In this document: in pieces, positions 9,825 through 18,611 of the stretch
How positions within the stretch are numbered: position 1 is the first letter of the stretch
Layout of the letters: each line of letters opens with the position of its first letter
From: an uncultured Gemmatimonadales bacterium
GTDB lineage: Bacteria; Gemmatimonadota; Gemmatimonadetes; Gemmatimonadales; GWC2-71-9
NCBI GenBank assembly: GCA_963730915.1
Contig: CAVSTR010000003.1
Location: 426,493-490,492, forward strand
Direction: 5' to 3'
Length of the DNA stretch: 64,000 nt
Made by a program: the position numbers and the translations under genes
Notes under the pieces: generated by a model
The model's input: the letters and a program-made list of their open reading frames with translations, nothing else
The model's database searches: none
Told to the model about the DNA's origin: nothing

Positions 9825-10202
9825 TTATCGGTGTGGCACTACACGTTTGATGACTAGAGTGGATGCGTTGAAGTTGAATAGCAGGCCTACATGCAATCCG
9901 GTTGCCCTGAGATACGACTTGAGTTGCACGAAATGAATGTCTCGCAGGCTTTCCACAGCTTTCAACTCCAGGATAATTTGTTCGGCCACGATGAGGTCAA
10001 TACGTGCCTTCCCTATCACCTCGCCTTCGAACGAGACACTCACTGGAAATTGCGACTGGAATGGCATGGAGCGATGAGCAAGGGAGACGCGCATTGCAGC
10101 ATGGTAGATCGACTCGAGAAAACCCGGGCCTAGTTCACGGTGTACTGCCAAAGCTGCCCCGATGATGTCGGCCGAGAGTTGTTCGAACAAACGTCCCGTC
10201 AT
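9825..10202 (-). CDS. GxxExxY protein (PD-(D/E)XK nuclease-like)
   Basis: MTGRLFEQLSADIIGAALAVHRELGPGFLESIYHAAM carries the GxxExxY signature (GFLESIY), followed by DLIVAEQIILELK. The ATG at 10200-10202 is preferred. The longer track ORF merely translates the repeat arm. Confidence 0.8.
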   Translation of the reverse strand: MTGRLFEQLSADIIGAALAVHRELGPGFLESIYHAAMRVSLAHRSMPFQSQFPVSVSFEGEVIGKARIDLIVAEQIILELKAVESLRDIHFVQLKSYLRATGLHVGLLFNFNASTLVIKRVVPHR

Positions 10203-10211
10203 CGTGTACTG

Positions 10212-10243
10212 CTTTCGGGCTTTCGCGTTTTCGGGCTTTCGTG
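10212..10243. repeat. terminal inverted-repeat arm, partner of 9783-9814
   Basis: ctttcgggctttcgcgttttcgggctttcgtg. Confidence 0.8.
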
Positions 10244-10331
10244 TTTGCTGGTGCTCTTTGTCTCCTGTGGTGATGGAAGATCTCAGTCTTCGATACTCCA
10301 GCTTCACCCAATTACCGCACAGCCGCTCAAA

Positions 10332-12614
10332 CTATCGACAGTATTCATCCAGCTGATCGAACCCGATCAACACATCCCGGGGCTTGCTTCCGTCGGGCGG
10401 GCCAAGAATGCCGGAGTAGTGGAGCTGATCGATGATGCGTGCGGCGCGGCCGTAGCCAATACGAAGCCGCCGCTGGAGCAGTGAGGTAGAACCGCCCTGA
10501 TTCTGGATACAGGCTTCTGCGGCCTCCCGGAAGAGCGTGTCACGCTCGCCCTCCTCCTCGGCAGCTGCCGAATCCCCGTCGCCCTCCTGAGCCCGCACGA
10601 TCTCGAGGATGTCCGGCTCCTGCGCCGCGGTTTCCTGTGCAACTCGGCGAGCAGCCCGGCGGCGAACATACCACTCGGTGACTCGCTCCGATTCCTCGGT
10701 GGCAATGTAGGCGCCTTGCAGGCGCAACGGTTCGCTCTTTCCGGGAGGGAGAAACAGCATGTCACCATTGCCCAGTAGAGCTTCGGCTCCGTTTTGATCG
10801 AGGATAGTGCGACTGTCGACCTTGGAGGCGACACGGAAGGCGATCCGACTGGGGAAATTCGCCTTGATCAGGCCGGTGATCACGTTCACCGAGGGACGCT
10901 GTGTCGCGAGAATGAGATGGATCCCGATGGCGCGCGCCTTCTGCGCCAGAATGGCCAGCGGAGTTTCCACCTCGGCCTGAACCGTCATCATGAGGTCTGC
11001 CAGCTCGTCGATGACCATCACGACGAATGGCAGAATGCCCTCACTGTACACCTCATCAGTCGGAGGCTCGGGCGGTGTGTCGGGAGCCTCGGCATTGACG
11101 GTGGTGAGCGTCGGCTTCGGACGGGGCGGGTTACGGAGCGACTTTCCTTCTTCAACCTTGCGATTGAAGTCGGCAATGTTGCGAGCGCCGTTCACCTGGA
11201 GCAGCTCATAGCGGCGCTGCATCTCCAGCACGGCCCACTTGAGCACCGTGGCTGCGTCGTGGTTGTTGGTAACCACCTTATGGCGCAGATGCGGTAGCGC
11301 ATTGTACATCGACAGCTCGACCATCTTCGGGTCGATCATGAGCAGCCGCAGTTCCCGCTGGGTGTAGCGGTAGATCAGGCTGGTGATGATCGTGTTGATG
11401 GTGACAGACTTGCCGGTTCCCGTCGCGCCAGCGATCAGGAGATGCGGCATCTTGGCCAGGTCCGCTATGACCGGCTTCCCTTCTAGATCGTGGCCGAGAG
11501 CGATCGGCAGCGTGGCCCGTCGGCTCTCCCAATCCGGCGTCTCGAACAGCTCCCGCAGAGTCACGATGCGGGCTGTCGGGTTTGGAATTTCGACGCCTAC
11601 CGCCCCCTTCCCCGGAATCGGCGCGACACGAACAGACGGCACTCTCATCGCAATTGCCAGGTCATCCGCCAACGCGCCGATGCGACCGGCCTTCACTCCC
11701 GGAGCTGGGACCACTTCGAATTGCGTCACCACTGGTCCGGTGGTTCGAAGACCGGGACGCCCTTCCACCTTGAAGGTGCGCAGCGTTTCGATCAGCGATT
11801 CACCCAGCCGGTCGAGCTGTGCTTCACCCGCGTCGACATCCTGCTGAGATGGAGGGGTGAGAAGATCGATCGGCGGCAAGTCCGACTCTTCGTCGATGAC
11901 CGCGGCCCCGCCGGACTTGGGCGCCGGCTTCTTCTTCTCCTTGCGGACCTTCGAGTCGATCAGAGGACGGACGGCGGCGTGAGGGGCGGCAGGCGAGAAG
12001 AGATCGTCGGTCGCTTTTGCCCCGAGCTCAGTGTCGCTCGGGCTCGCCTTACGGGGTGACTTGCGACGCTCTCCCGCTCCATTCGAGGCACCATCGGTCC
12101 CTGCCCCACCGCCACGCTGCCCCGCTGGCCCTCCCCGCTCCAGCCGTTGCAGCGGGTGCCACGCAAAAGTGGCCAGTGTCAGGGCAGAGAGCGCGAGAAA
12201 GCCGAGCAATACGGCGCCCAGCACTCCCACGGCGCCCGAGATGATCTCCGCGAAAAATCCCGGAAGCCAACCAACCAGCGACGTCGCCAGTCCACGCTGG
12301 TCTAAATCCAGGTCGGTCCGACTTACACCGGTCAAGACGCCGATCAGATACGGCAACAGAAGGCTGAGGCCGACAATGAGAATCGCCGAGCGCTTCATAT
12401 CGAGTTTGCCGAGGCGGTCGAAGCCGGCGAGCGCCAGACCGACCCCCAACGCGGGAATCCCCAACGCACCGGCACCAAGCATGCGCCACAGACCCTGGCC
12501 CATGTACTCGCCCAGCGGTCCCGTGAGCCTGATGGGTAGAAAGGTCAGTCCGACGAACACCCCTGCGACCAAAGCCGTCACCGCGCCCAATCTGCGCCGG
12601 GACTCGGTGCTCAT
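10332..12614 (-). CDS. ftsK: DNA translocase FtsK/SpoIIIE
   Basis: 760-aa ORF with N-terminal TM helices, Walker A GATGTGKS and the winged-helix gamma domain (LLQRRLRIGYGRAARIIDQL). Confidence 0.95.
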   Translation of the reverse strand: MSTESRRRLGAVTALVAGVFVGLTFLPIRLTGPLGEYMGQGLWRMLGAGALGIPALGVGLALAGFDRLGKLDMKRSAILIVGLSLLLPYLIGVLTGVSRTDLDLDQRGLATSLVGWLPGFFAEIISGAVGVLGAVLLGFLALSALTLATFAWHPLQRLERGGPAGQRGGGAGTDGASNGAGERRKSPRKASPSDTELGAKATDDLFSPAAPHAAVRPLIDSKVRKEKKKPAPKSGGAAVIDEESDLPPIDLLTPPSQQDVDAGEAQLDRLGESLIETLRTFKVEGRPGLRTTGPVVTQFEVVPAPGVKAGRIGALADDLAIAMRVPSVRVAPIPGKGAVGVEIPNPTARIVTLRELFETPDWESRRATLPIALGHDLEGKPVIADLAKMPHLLIAGATGTGKSVTINTIITSLIYRYTQRELRLLMIDPKMVELSMYNALPHLRHKVVTNNHDAATVLKWAVLEMQRRYELLQVNGARNIADFNRKVEEGKSLRNPPRPKPTLTTVNAEAPDTPPEPPTDEVYSEGILPFVVMVIDELADLMMTVQAEVETPLAILAQKARAIGIHLILATQRPSVNVITGLIKANFPSRIAFRVASKVDSRTILDQNGAEALLGNGDMLFLPPGKSEPLRLQGAYIATEESERVTEWYVRRRAARRVAQETAAQEPDILEIVRAQEGDGDSAAAEEEGERDTLFREAAEACIQNQGGSTSLLQRRLRIGYGRAARIIDQLHYSGILGPPDGSKPRDVLIGFDQLDEYCR

Positions 12615-13402
12615 GCGTGTCCCACTCCTTCACGGCGCTCTGGCTCGGCAGCAAACGCAGCTCGGGTGGCGGGTGCGGAGGTGACCCGCCGCTCATGGAA
12701 ATGCAGGGAGATCGGGTAGGCATCCAACCGGGACGCGTCGCGGATGTCTTCGGCGAAGCCGAGCCTCAGTAGCTCCCGCCCTGAGCGGCTGGAACGAAGC
12801 GGCCGCTCCCACGCCTCTCCGTACCTGCGGACCAGGGCGATACTCGCAAGCGCCGCATCGTTGAGCCCCTTACGGGGCTTTGTTCCCCCGAGCAGTGCAG
12901 CCGCGAGCCGGCCGGCGCAGTATGCGTCGTCGAGTGCAAAAGCTCCATTTCTTCCGGCACACACAATAAGGATCGGCTCATCTGCTTCCAGCGCCTCGCG
13001 ACCCCGCTGGGCGGCGGAGCTCAGATTGGAGGCGGCGGCAGGATAGATCGCGCCGGCGCCCTGACAGGCCAGCAACGCCTTGGTGCCGTTGCTCGTGGTG
13101 AGGATGAGCGTCTTCCCCCGAACGGCTTCCTCCTTCATCTCGAGCGGGCTATTGCCGAGATGGAAACCAGGGATGCGGGCGCACTTTCTCTCACCGCTCA
13201 ACAGCACGTCCTTGCTGCCGATCGTTTGCGCCAGACGGAGCGCTTCTTCGGTCGAGGAAACCGGGATGATGGCCTTGGCACCATTGCTCATCGCCGCGCA
13301 CATGGTCGTCGTAGCCCGCAGGATATCGATCACGAACACCGTCCGATGCTGCACGGCGGCATGACTCAGCCCGGCGGGAGTAAAGGCGACGTCGACTCTC
13401 AT
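12611..13402 (-). CDS. comB: 2-phosphosulfolactate phosphatase family (ComB-like)
   Basis: From the ATG at 13400-13402: [11 protein letters not shown]...[13 protein letters not shown]. This ATG overlaps the accC stop as ATGA. The upstream part of the 379-aa track ORF overlaps accC out of frame and is rejected. Confidence 0.75.
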   Translation of the reverse strand: MRVDVAFTPAGLSHAAVQHRTVFVIDILRATTTMCAAMSNGAKAIIPVSSTEEALRLAQTIGSKDVLLSGERKCARIPGFHLGNSPLEMKEEAVRGKTLILTTSNGTKALLACQGAGAIYPAAASNLSSAAQRGREALEADEPILIVCAGRNGAFALDDAYCAGRLAAALLGGTKPRKGLNDAALASIALVRRYGEAWERPLRSSRSGRELLRLGFAEDIRDASRLDAYPISLHFHERRVTSAPATRAAFAAEPERREGVGHA

Positions 13403-14757
13403 GCCTCGGGACGCAGAAGGTGGGATTCCCGCTCGAGGAACCGCGTGTCGATCTTCCCCGAGACAAAGTCGGGGTGGCGGATGACGCGAGCCAGAAAAGG
13501 GATCGTGGTGGTGACACCTTCGAGAATGAAGCTGTCGAGAGCCTGGCCCATGCGACTGAGCGCCTCTTCCCGCTGGTTTCCGTGCACGATGACCTTTGCC
13601 AGCAGCGAGTCGTAGTAGGGTGGCACCGAGTAACCCGCATAGACATGGGTATCGACCCGCACCCCCGGTCCCCCTGGAGGATGGTATGCGGTGATCAGCC
13701 CGGGACTCGGCTGGAAGTTCCGGTACGGATCCTCCGCGTTGATCCGGCACTCGATGGCGTGTCCGCGGAGGCGCCTCCCATCACCCTGGAAGCTGACCGG
13801 CTCGCCCGAGGCGACGCGGATCTGCTCCTTCACGATGTCGAAGCTGGTCACCATCTCCGTCACGGGATGTTCCACCTGGATTCTGGTGTTCATCTCCATG
13901 AAGTAGAAATCGCCTTGCGGGTCCACCAGAAACTCGATCGTCCCGGCGCCGCTGTAGCCGATGTTGGAGGCAAGCGCCACGGCGGCCTTTCCCATGCGGC
14001 TCCGGAGCTCGTCCGTCATGACCGGGCTGGGGCTCTCCTCGATCAGCTTCTGATGCCGACGCTGCACCGAGCAGTCGCGCTCGCCCATGTGCACCACTTT
14101 GCCGTGGTTGTCTCCCATGACCTGGATCTCGATGTGCCGAGGATGCTCCAGATACTTCTCGACGTAGACCGACCCGTTACCAAATGCCGCCAGTGCCTCG
14201 TTCTGCGCCAGTCCGAAGAGCTGGGGAAATTGCTCGGCATCAGTAGCGATGCGCATTCCCTTCCCGCCCCCACCTGCCGTGGCCTTGATGATGACCGGGA
14301 AGCCGATCTCGGTAGCAGCAGCCATTGCCTCATCGACGTCTTCGATCGTGCCCGGGGTCCCCGGCACGGTCGGCACGCCTGCTTGCTGCGCGAGGCGACG
14401 GGCGGTTGCCTTGTCGCCCATTTGCCGGATCTGATCCCCGGTCGGCCCGATGAAGGTGATGTTCGAGGCCTTGCAGATATCGGAGAATTCGGCGTTCTCG
14501 GCCAGAAAGCCGTAACCCGGGTGGATCGCGTCGGCGCCGGTAATCTCCGCGGCGGCAATGATGCTGGGGATTCGAAGGTACGAGCTGCGGCTGGGCGGTG
14601 GACCGATGCACACGTCGTCATCGGCAAACCGTACGTGGAGCGACTCCCGATCGGCCTCGCTGTACACCGCCACGGTCTGGACGCCCAGCTCGCGGCATGC
14701 CCGAATCACCCGCAGGGCGATCTCCCCGCGATTGGCGATCAGGACCTTCTTAAACAT
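13399..14757 (-). CDS. accC: acetyl-CoA carboxylase biotin carboxylase subunit
   Basis: 452-aa ORF starting [25 protein letters not shown], with GGGGKGMR and the [14 protein letters not shown] motif. Confidence 0.97.
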   Translation of the reverse strand: MFKKVLIANRGEIALRVIRACRELGVQTVAVYSEADRESLHVRFADDDVCIGPPPSRSSYLRIPSIIAAAEITGADAIHPGYGFLAENAEFSDICKASNITFIGPTGDQIRQMGDKATARRLAQQAGVPTVPGTPGTIEDVDEAMAAATEIGFPVIIKATAGGGGKGMRIATDAEQFPQLFGLAQNEALAAFGNGSVYVEKYLEHPRHIEIQVMGDNHGKVVHMGERDCSVQRRHQKLIEESPSPVMTDELRSRMGKAAVALASNIGYSGAGTIEFLVDPQGDFYFMEMNTRIQVEHPVTEMVTSFDIVKEQIRVASGEPVSFQGDGRRLRGHAIECRINAEDPYRNFQPSPGLITAYHPPGGPGVRVDTHVYAGYSVPPYYDSLLAKVIVHGNQREEALSRMGQALDSFILEGVTTTIPFLARVIRHPDFVSGKIDTRFLERESHLLRPEA

Positions 14758-15936
14758 CTACGGGGTCAGGTCCAACGGCTGCGGCTTCGCCGACTCACCG
14801 GAGATCTCGGAGAAGCTGCGATCCGACGCGGAATCGACGCCCGAGACGCGGAGGGCGAACTCGTTCGGATTGGTGGAGTAGAAGAGCGCGCTCTCGTACG
14901 AGATGATGCCGTCCTTGTACCACTTCATGAGGGACTGGTCGAAGGTCTGCATTCCATACGAGATGGCGCCGCCGGCGATGAGATCGGGAATGTGCAGGGC
15001 CTTCTCGATGTCGCGAATGTTGTCGGCGACCGTAGCGGTATTGATCAGGACTTCGGCGGCGGGCACCCGTCCCCGCCCGTCCGATCGCGGTACCAGCCGC
15101 AGCGAAACGATTGCCTGAAGGGCGGTAGACAGCAGCATCCGGACTTCGTGGTGCTGGTGGGGCGGATAGAACGACAGGATACGGCTGATCGTCTGAGTGG
15201 CATCGGTAGTATGCAGGGTAGAGAACACCAGGTGTCCGGTGTCCGCGGCCTTGAGAGCCGTATCCAGCGTTTCCACGTCCCGAATCTCGCCGACCAGGAT
15301 CACATCGGGATCCTGCCGCAACACGTGCCGCAGCGCCGAGCCGAACGAGAGCGTATCGTTGCCGACCTCGCGTTGCGAGATGTTGGATTGGACGTCGCGA
15401 TGCAGAAACTCGATCGGGTCTTCGATCGTGATCACGTTAACGCGGCGATTCTGGTTCACGTGATTGATCATCGACGCGAGGGCAGTGGATTTCCCCGAGC
15501 CGGTGATGCCCGTGATCAGCACCAGACCACGAGGACGTAGCGCGATCTCCTCCAGCACCACAGGCAGGTGGAGCTCGCGGACCGTCTTCACCTCGTAAGG
15601 AATGGCGCGAAATGCAAAGGCCAGGGTACCACGCTGCTGGTAGATGTTGGTCCGGAAGCGTCCCACACCGGGCACGCCGATGGCGAAATCGGCTTCCTTC
15701 CTTTCCGAGAACTCCTTGACCTGCCGCGGCGTCATGATCTGCTCGGCGAGCAACTTCAGGTCCTCCGGTTTCACCGGCGGCATTTCCAGACCGTGGAGCT
15801 CACCGTTGAGCCGGACCGTCGGGGGGCGGCCAACTTTGAGCAACAGGTCCGATGCGTTCTTCTGAACCATCTGAGAGATGGTCTGTTTGAAATTGAAGGT
15901 CGAGGTGGGCGCAGTGGTGGGCTTCGCCTCAGCCAT
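14758..15936 (-). CDS. pilT: type IV pilus retraction ATPase (PilT/PilU family)
   Basis: 392-aa ORF with Walker A GITGSGKST, plus ILVGEIRD and FSTLHTTDA. Confidence 0.9.
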   Translation of the reverse strand: MAEAKPTTAPTSTFNFKQTISQMVQKNASDLLLKVGRPPTVRLNGELHGLEMPPVKPEDLKLLAEQIMTPRQVKEFSERKEADFAIGVPGVGRFRTNIYQQRGTLAFAFRAIPYEVKTVRELHLPVVLEEIALRPRGLVLITGITGSGKSTALASMINHVNQNRRVNVITIEDPIEFLHRDVQSNISQREVGNDTLSFGSALRHVLRQDPDVILVGEIRDVETLDTALKAADTGHLVFSTLHTTDATQTISRILSFYPPHQHHEVRMLLSTALQAIVSLRLVPRSDGRGRVPAAEVLINTATVADNIRDIEKALHIPDLIAGGAISYGMQTFDQSLMKWYKDGIISYESALFYSTNPNEFALRVSGVDSASDRSFSEISGESAKPQPLDLTP

Positions 15937-16465
15937 TCGGATCTACCCGGAATAGGACCTGGCCGAATTCTACCGGCTGGCTGTCCTCCACGTTGATCTC
16001 GCGGACGACGCCCGTGATCTCGGCTTCGATCTCGTTCATGATCTTCATCGCCTCGATGATGCAGACCGTCTGACCCGAGGTGACACGGTTACCGACCTTG
16101 ATGTACGGCTCCGCACCCGGCTCCGGCGCCTTGTAGAAGGTGCCTACCATGGGCGAGCGGATCTCCTTGAGATTTGCGGCCGGTGCCGCCGGACGTGCGC
16201 CGCTGTCTGTCCGCTGCTGATCGGTAGAGGGCGCAGCCGGCGGCAGCGACGCAGCCATAGGTACCGCTACCGGCGCGATCGGTGCCGCCGACGTTCGGGT
16301 TATCACCACGCCGGTGCCGAACCACCCCTTCACCTCGATCGAACCGATCTCAGGAGTCTCTCGCAGCAGCTGAGCCAGACGCCGGACGTCTTTCAGGTCG
16401 ATCGAATGGATGCCGGGCACGTTTTGCAGCAGCTCGGCCAGCTCCTGCATTTCTTTTGGGCTCAT
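15929..16465 (-). CDS. accB: biotin carboxyl carrier protein
   Basis: 178-aa ORF with the biotinylation motif IIEAMKIMNEIEAE and an Ala/Pro linker. Confidence 0.93.
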   Translation of the reverse strand: MSPKEMQELAELLQNVPGIHSIDLKDVRRLAQLLRETPEIGSIEVKGWFGTGVVITRTSAAPIAPVAVPMAASLPPAAPSTDQQRTDSGARPAAPAANLKEIRSPMVGTFYKAPEPGAEPYIKVGNRVTSGQTVCIIEAMKIMNEIEAEITGVVREINVEDSQPVEFGQVLFRVDPNG

Positions 16466-17022
16466 ACGCGGGTCAGGTACTTGTCTTCGCGGCGGTCAAC
16501 CCGAATCACCTGACCCTCCTCGATGAAGAGAGGAACTTGCACGGTTGCCCCAGTTTCCAGTTTGGCGGGTTTGGTTCCACCAGTCGCAGTGTCTCCGCGA
16601 ACTCCGGGAGCCGTCTGGGTGACGGTCAGCTCGACAAACGACGGCAACTCCACCGAGATCACCCGATCGTTGTGGAGCAGTCCCTCGCACTCCATGCCTT
16701 CCTTCAGGTACTTGAGCTGGTCAGGTCCGATGACCTCATCGGTCAGCATGATGTCATCGTACGTCTGCTGGTCCATGAAATGATAGAAGTGGCCATCTCC
16801 GTACGAGAACTGGATCGGGCGGCGCTCCAGCCGGACTTCCTGTACCCGCTCGCCCGCATTGTATGTGCGATCGATGACCGCACCGGTCCGGATGTTCTTG
16901 AGCTTCGTGCGAACGAACGCTCCGCCCTTCCCCGGCTTGACGTGCTGGAAATAGACCAGCTGAAAGAGCTGGTTGTCGATCTCGAGTACCAGGCCGTTTC
17001 TGAAGTCAGCAGTGGAGGCCAT
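16462..17022 (-). CDS. efp: elongation factor P
   Basis: 186 aa from the ATG at 17020-17022: MASTADFRNGLVLEIDNQLFQLVYFQHVKPGKGGAFVRTKLKN. It is the C-terminal part of a chimeric 573-aa track ORF. Confidence 0.95.
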   Translation of the reverse strand: MASTADFRNGLVLEIDNQLFQLVYFQHVKPGKGGAFVRTKLKNIRTGAVIDRTYNAGERVQEVRLERRPIQFSYGDGHFYHFMDQQTYDDIMLTDEVIGPDQLKYLKEGMECEGLLHNDRVISVELPSFVELTVTQTAPGVRGDTATGGTKPAKLETGATVQVPLFIEEGQVIRVDRREDKYLTRV

Positions 17023-17093
17023 TGTAGTTATAGGTCGAGGTAAAGACGTCAAAGTGATACGTCGAGTGAAGGCGACAATTCCATGACTCCCAC

Positions 17094-18183
17094 CTAGACC
17101 AGTTCCACCAACTCCGTCCGGCCATCCGAGAGGCACTCTGTCCCTGTGCTGCCGAGGTACACATCGTCTTCTAAGCGAATCCCACCCCAGCCCGGAAAAT
17201 AGATACCCGGCTCCACCGTCACCACGGCGTGTTCCGGCAACGGTGTGTCGGACATCGGAGAGCAGGCGAGGGGCCTCATGCACCTCGAGCCCGAGTCCAT
17301 GCCCCAGGGAATGCCCGAATGCGTCTCCGAATCCGCGGCTCGCGATGACGTCTCGCGCCAAGGCATCACCTTCACGTGCCGGCATGCCCGGCCGCAGATG
17401 CTCGATCGCCCGGCGTTGTGCCGCCTGAACCAGCTGGTACACCGTGCGCTGTCGGTCGTCTGCCCGGGCACCCACAATCACGGTTCTCGTCAGGTCGGCG
17501 CAGTATCCGTTCACCTGCGCCCCAAAATCCAGCAGCAGCAGCTCCCCGGCCCGAACCGTTCTGGCGCTGGTCCGCGCATGGGGCAGAGCCGAACGCGGAC
17601 CGGAGGCAACGATCGTAGGAAACGGGTGCCACTCACTGCCTCTCCGCCGTAATGCCGCCTCGAGCACTGATCCGATCTCGAGTTCGGTTTGCTCGGGCCG
17701 CACGGTCGGCAGGACCTCGGCCAGGGCTTCCTGCGCCAGTGCCGCGGCATCCCTGATAGCGGCGACTTCATCTGGCGACTTCACCACTCGGAGATTTTCT
17801 ACCAGGTCGGACGTTGGAAGTACTCGTCCACGGGTGAGCCCGCTGACCCGCTCTGCGTCTCGAACCGTGAGCGACTGCGCTTCCACCCCGAGTTGCTCAA
17901 CCGGCCGCCCTGCAAGCATGCGGCCCAGGCGTTCCCACACGCTGCGCTGGTCGATCTCCACGGTGGCGGCGGCTCCCGCCTCCACCAGCGCCTGTTCCGA
18001 GTACCGGAAGTCGGAGATGAGAATACTGGCATCAGCCCGGATCAAAAGCAGCGCGGCTGAGCCGGTAAAGCCCGTCAGATACCGTATGTTGGGCAAGTGG
18101 GTCACCAGCAGCCCATCTAAGCCCACACCCTGCAAGGCGGCCCTTAGAGCGGCCTGCCGTTCGGCACGTCGATCAGGTGGCAC
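17094..18183 (-). pseudogene. pepP: Xaa-Pro aminopeptidase (M24B), one apparent frameshift
   Basis: The N-terminal 310 aa, up to HSLGHGLGLEVHEAPRL, lie in the frame of ORF 16462-18183. The C-terminus PLPEHAVVTVEPGIYFPGWGGIRLEDDV lies in ORF 17094-17477. The junction is at about 17256-17268. Confidence 0.8.
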
Positions 18184-18611
18184 GCAGACGGGCCACCAGC
18201 GCCTGCAGGGCCAGCAGGTAACTCTGGGCCCCGAAACCCGTCACCATACCGATTGCGAGGTCGGCTATGACCGAGTGTCGCCGCTCCGGCTCGCGCGCAA
18301 AAATGTTGGAAAGATGCAGCTCGACAAACGGGATCCGAACCGCGAGCAAGGCATCGCGTAAAGCCAGGCTTGAATGTGTCAGCGCAGCGGCATTGATCAA
18401 GCGCTCCGTCCACCCGACCCTGAAGCCCCTGCACCGCCTCCACAAGGGCACCCTCATGGTTGCTCTGAAACCACTGAATTTCGGCATCCAGGGATTTTGC
18501 CGCGTCCCTGACAGCGGCTTCGATCTCTGACAGTGTACTTCTGCCGTAGACCTCCGGTTCCCGTTGCCCCAGCAGGTTCAGATTGGGGCCATTGAGCACC
18601 GCGATGCGCAT
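18173..18611 (-). pseudogene. aroQ: type II 3-dehydroquinate dehydratase, one apparent frameshift
   Basis: [23 protein letters not shown]...FQSNHEG is in one frame. [18 protein letters not shown]...[18 protein letters not shown] is in another. The junction is at about 18396-18405. Confidence 0.85.

Larger units (their letters stand above)
9783..10243 (-). mobile_element. candidate inserted cassette: GxxExxY gene bracketed by 32-bp inverted arms
   Basis: The arms lie 10 nt from each end of the gene. The interior is visibly AT-richer than ftsK and yraN. No transposase and no clear target-site duplication were found. Confidence 0.35.

Noticed and set aside
9825-10307. 160-aa long form of the GxxExxY ORF
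   Set aside because: The 35-codon N-terminal extension (…KEHQQTRKPENAKARKQYT) is just the translated inverted-repeat arm. Homology begins at the internal ATG.
10140-10484. 114-aa plus-strand ORF spanning the GxxExxY arm and the ftsK 3' end
   Set aside because: It is antisense to both genes and partly a translation of the repeat arm.
12611-13750. 379-aa version of the ComB-like ORF
   Set aside because: The first 116 codons overlap the accC 3' end out of frame and are Arg/Gly/Pro-rich. Homology starts at MRVDV, whose ATG overlaps the accC stop.
13420-15540. 706-aa plus-strand ORF
   Set aside because: It lies antisense to accC and pilT and crosses their junction. Its composition is R/G/H/D/L-rich and low in complexity, with no motifs. 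Long stop-free antisense frames are expected in high-GC DNA.
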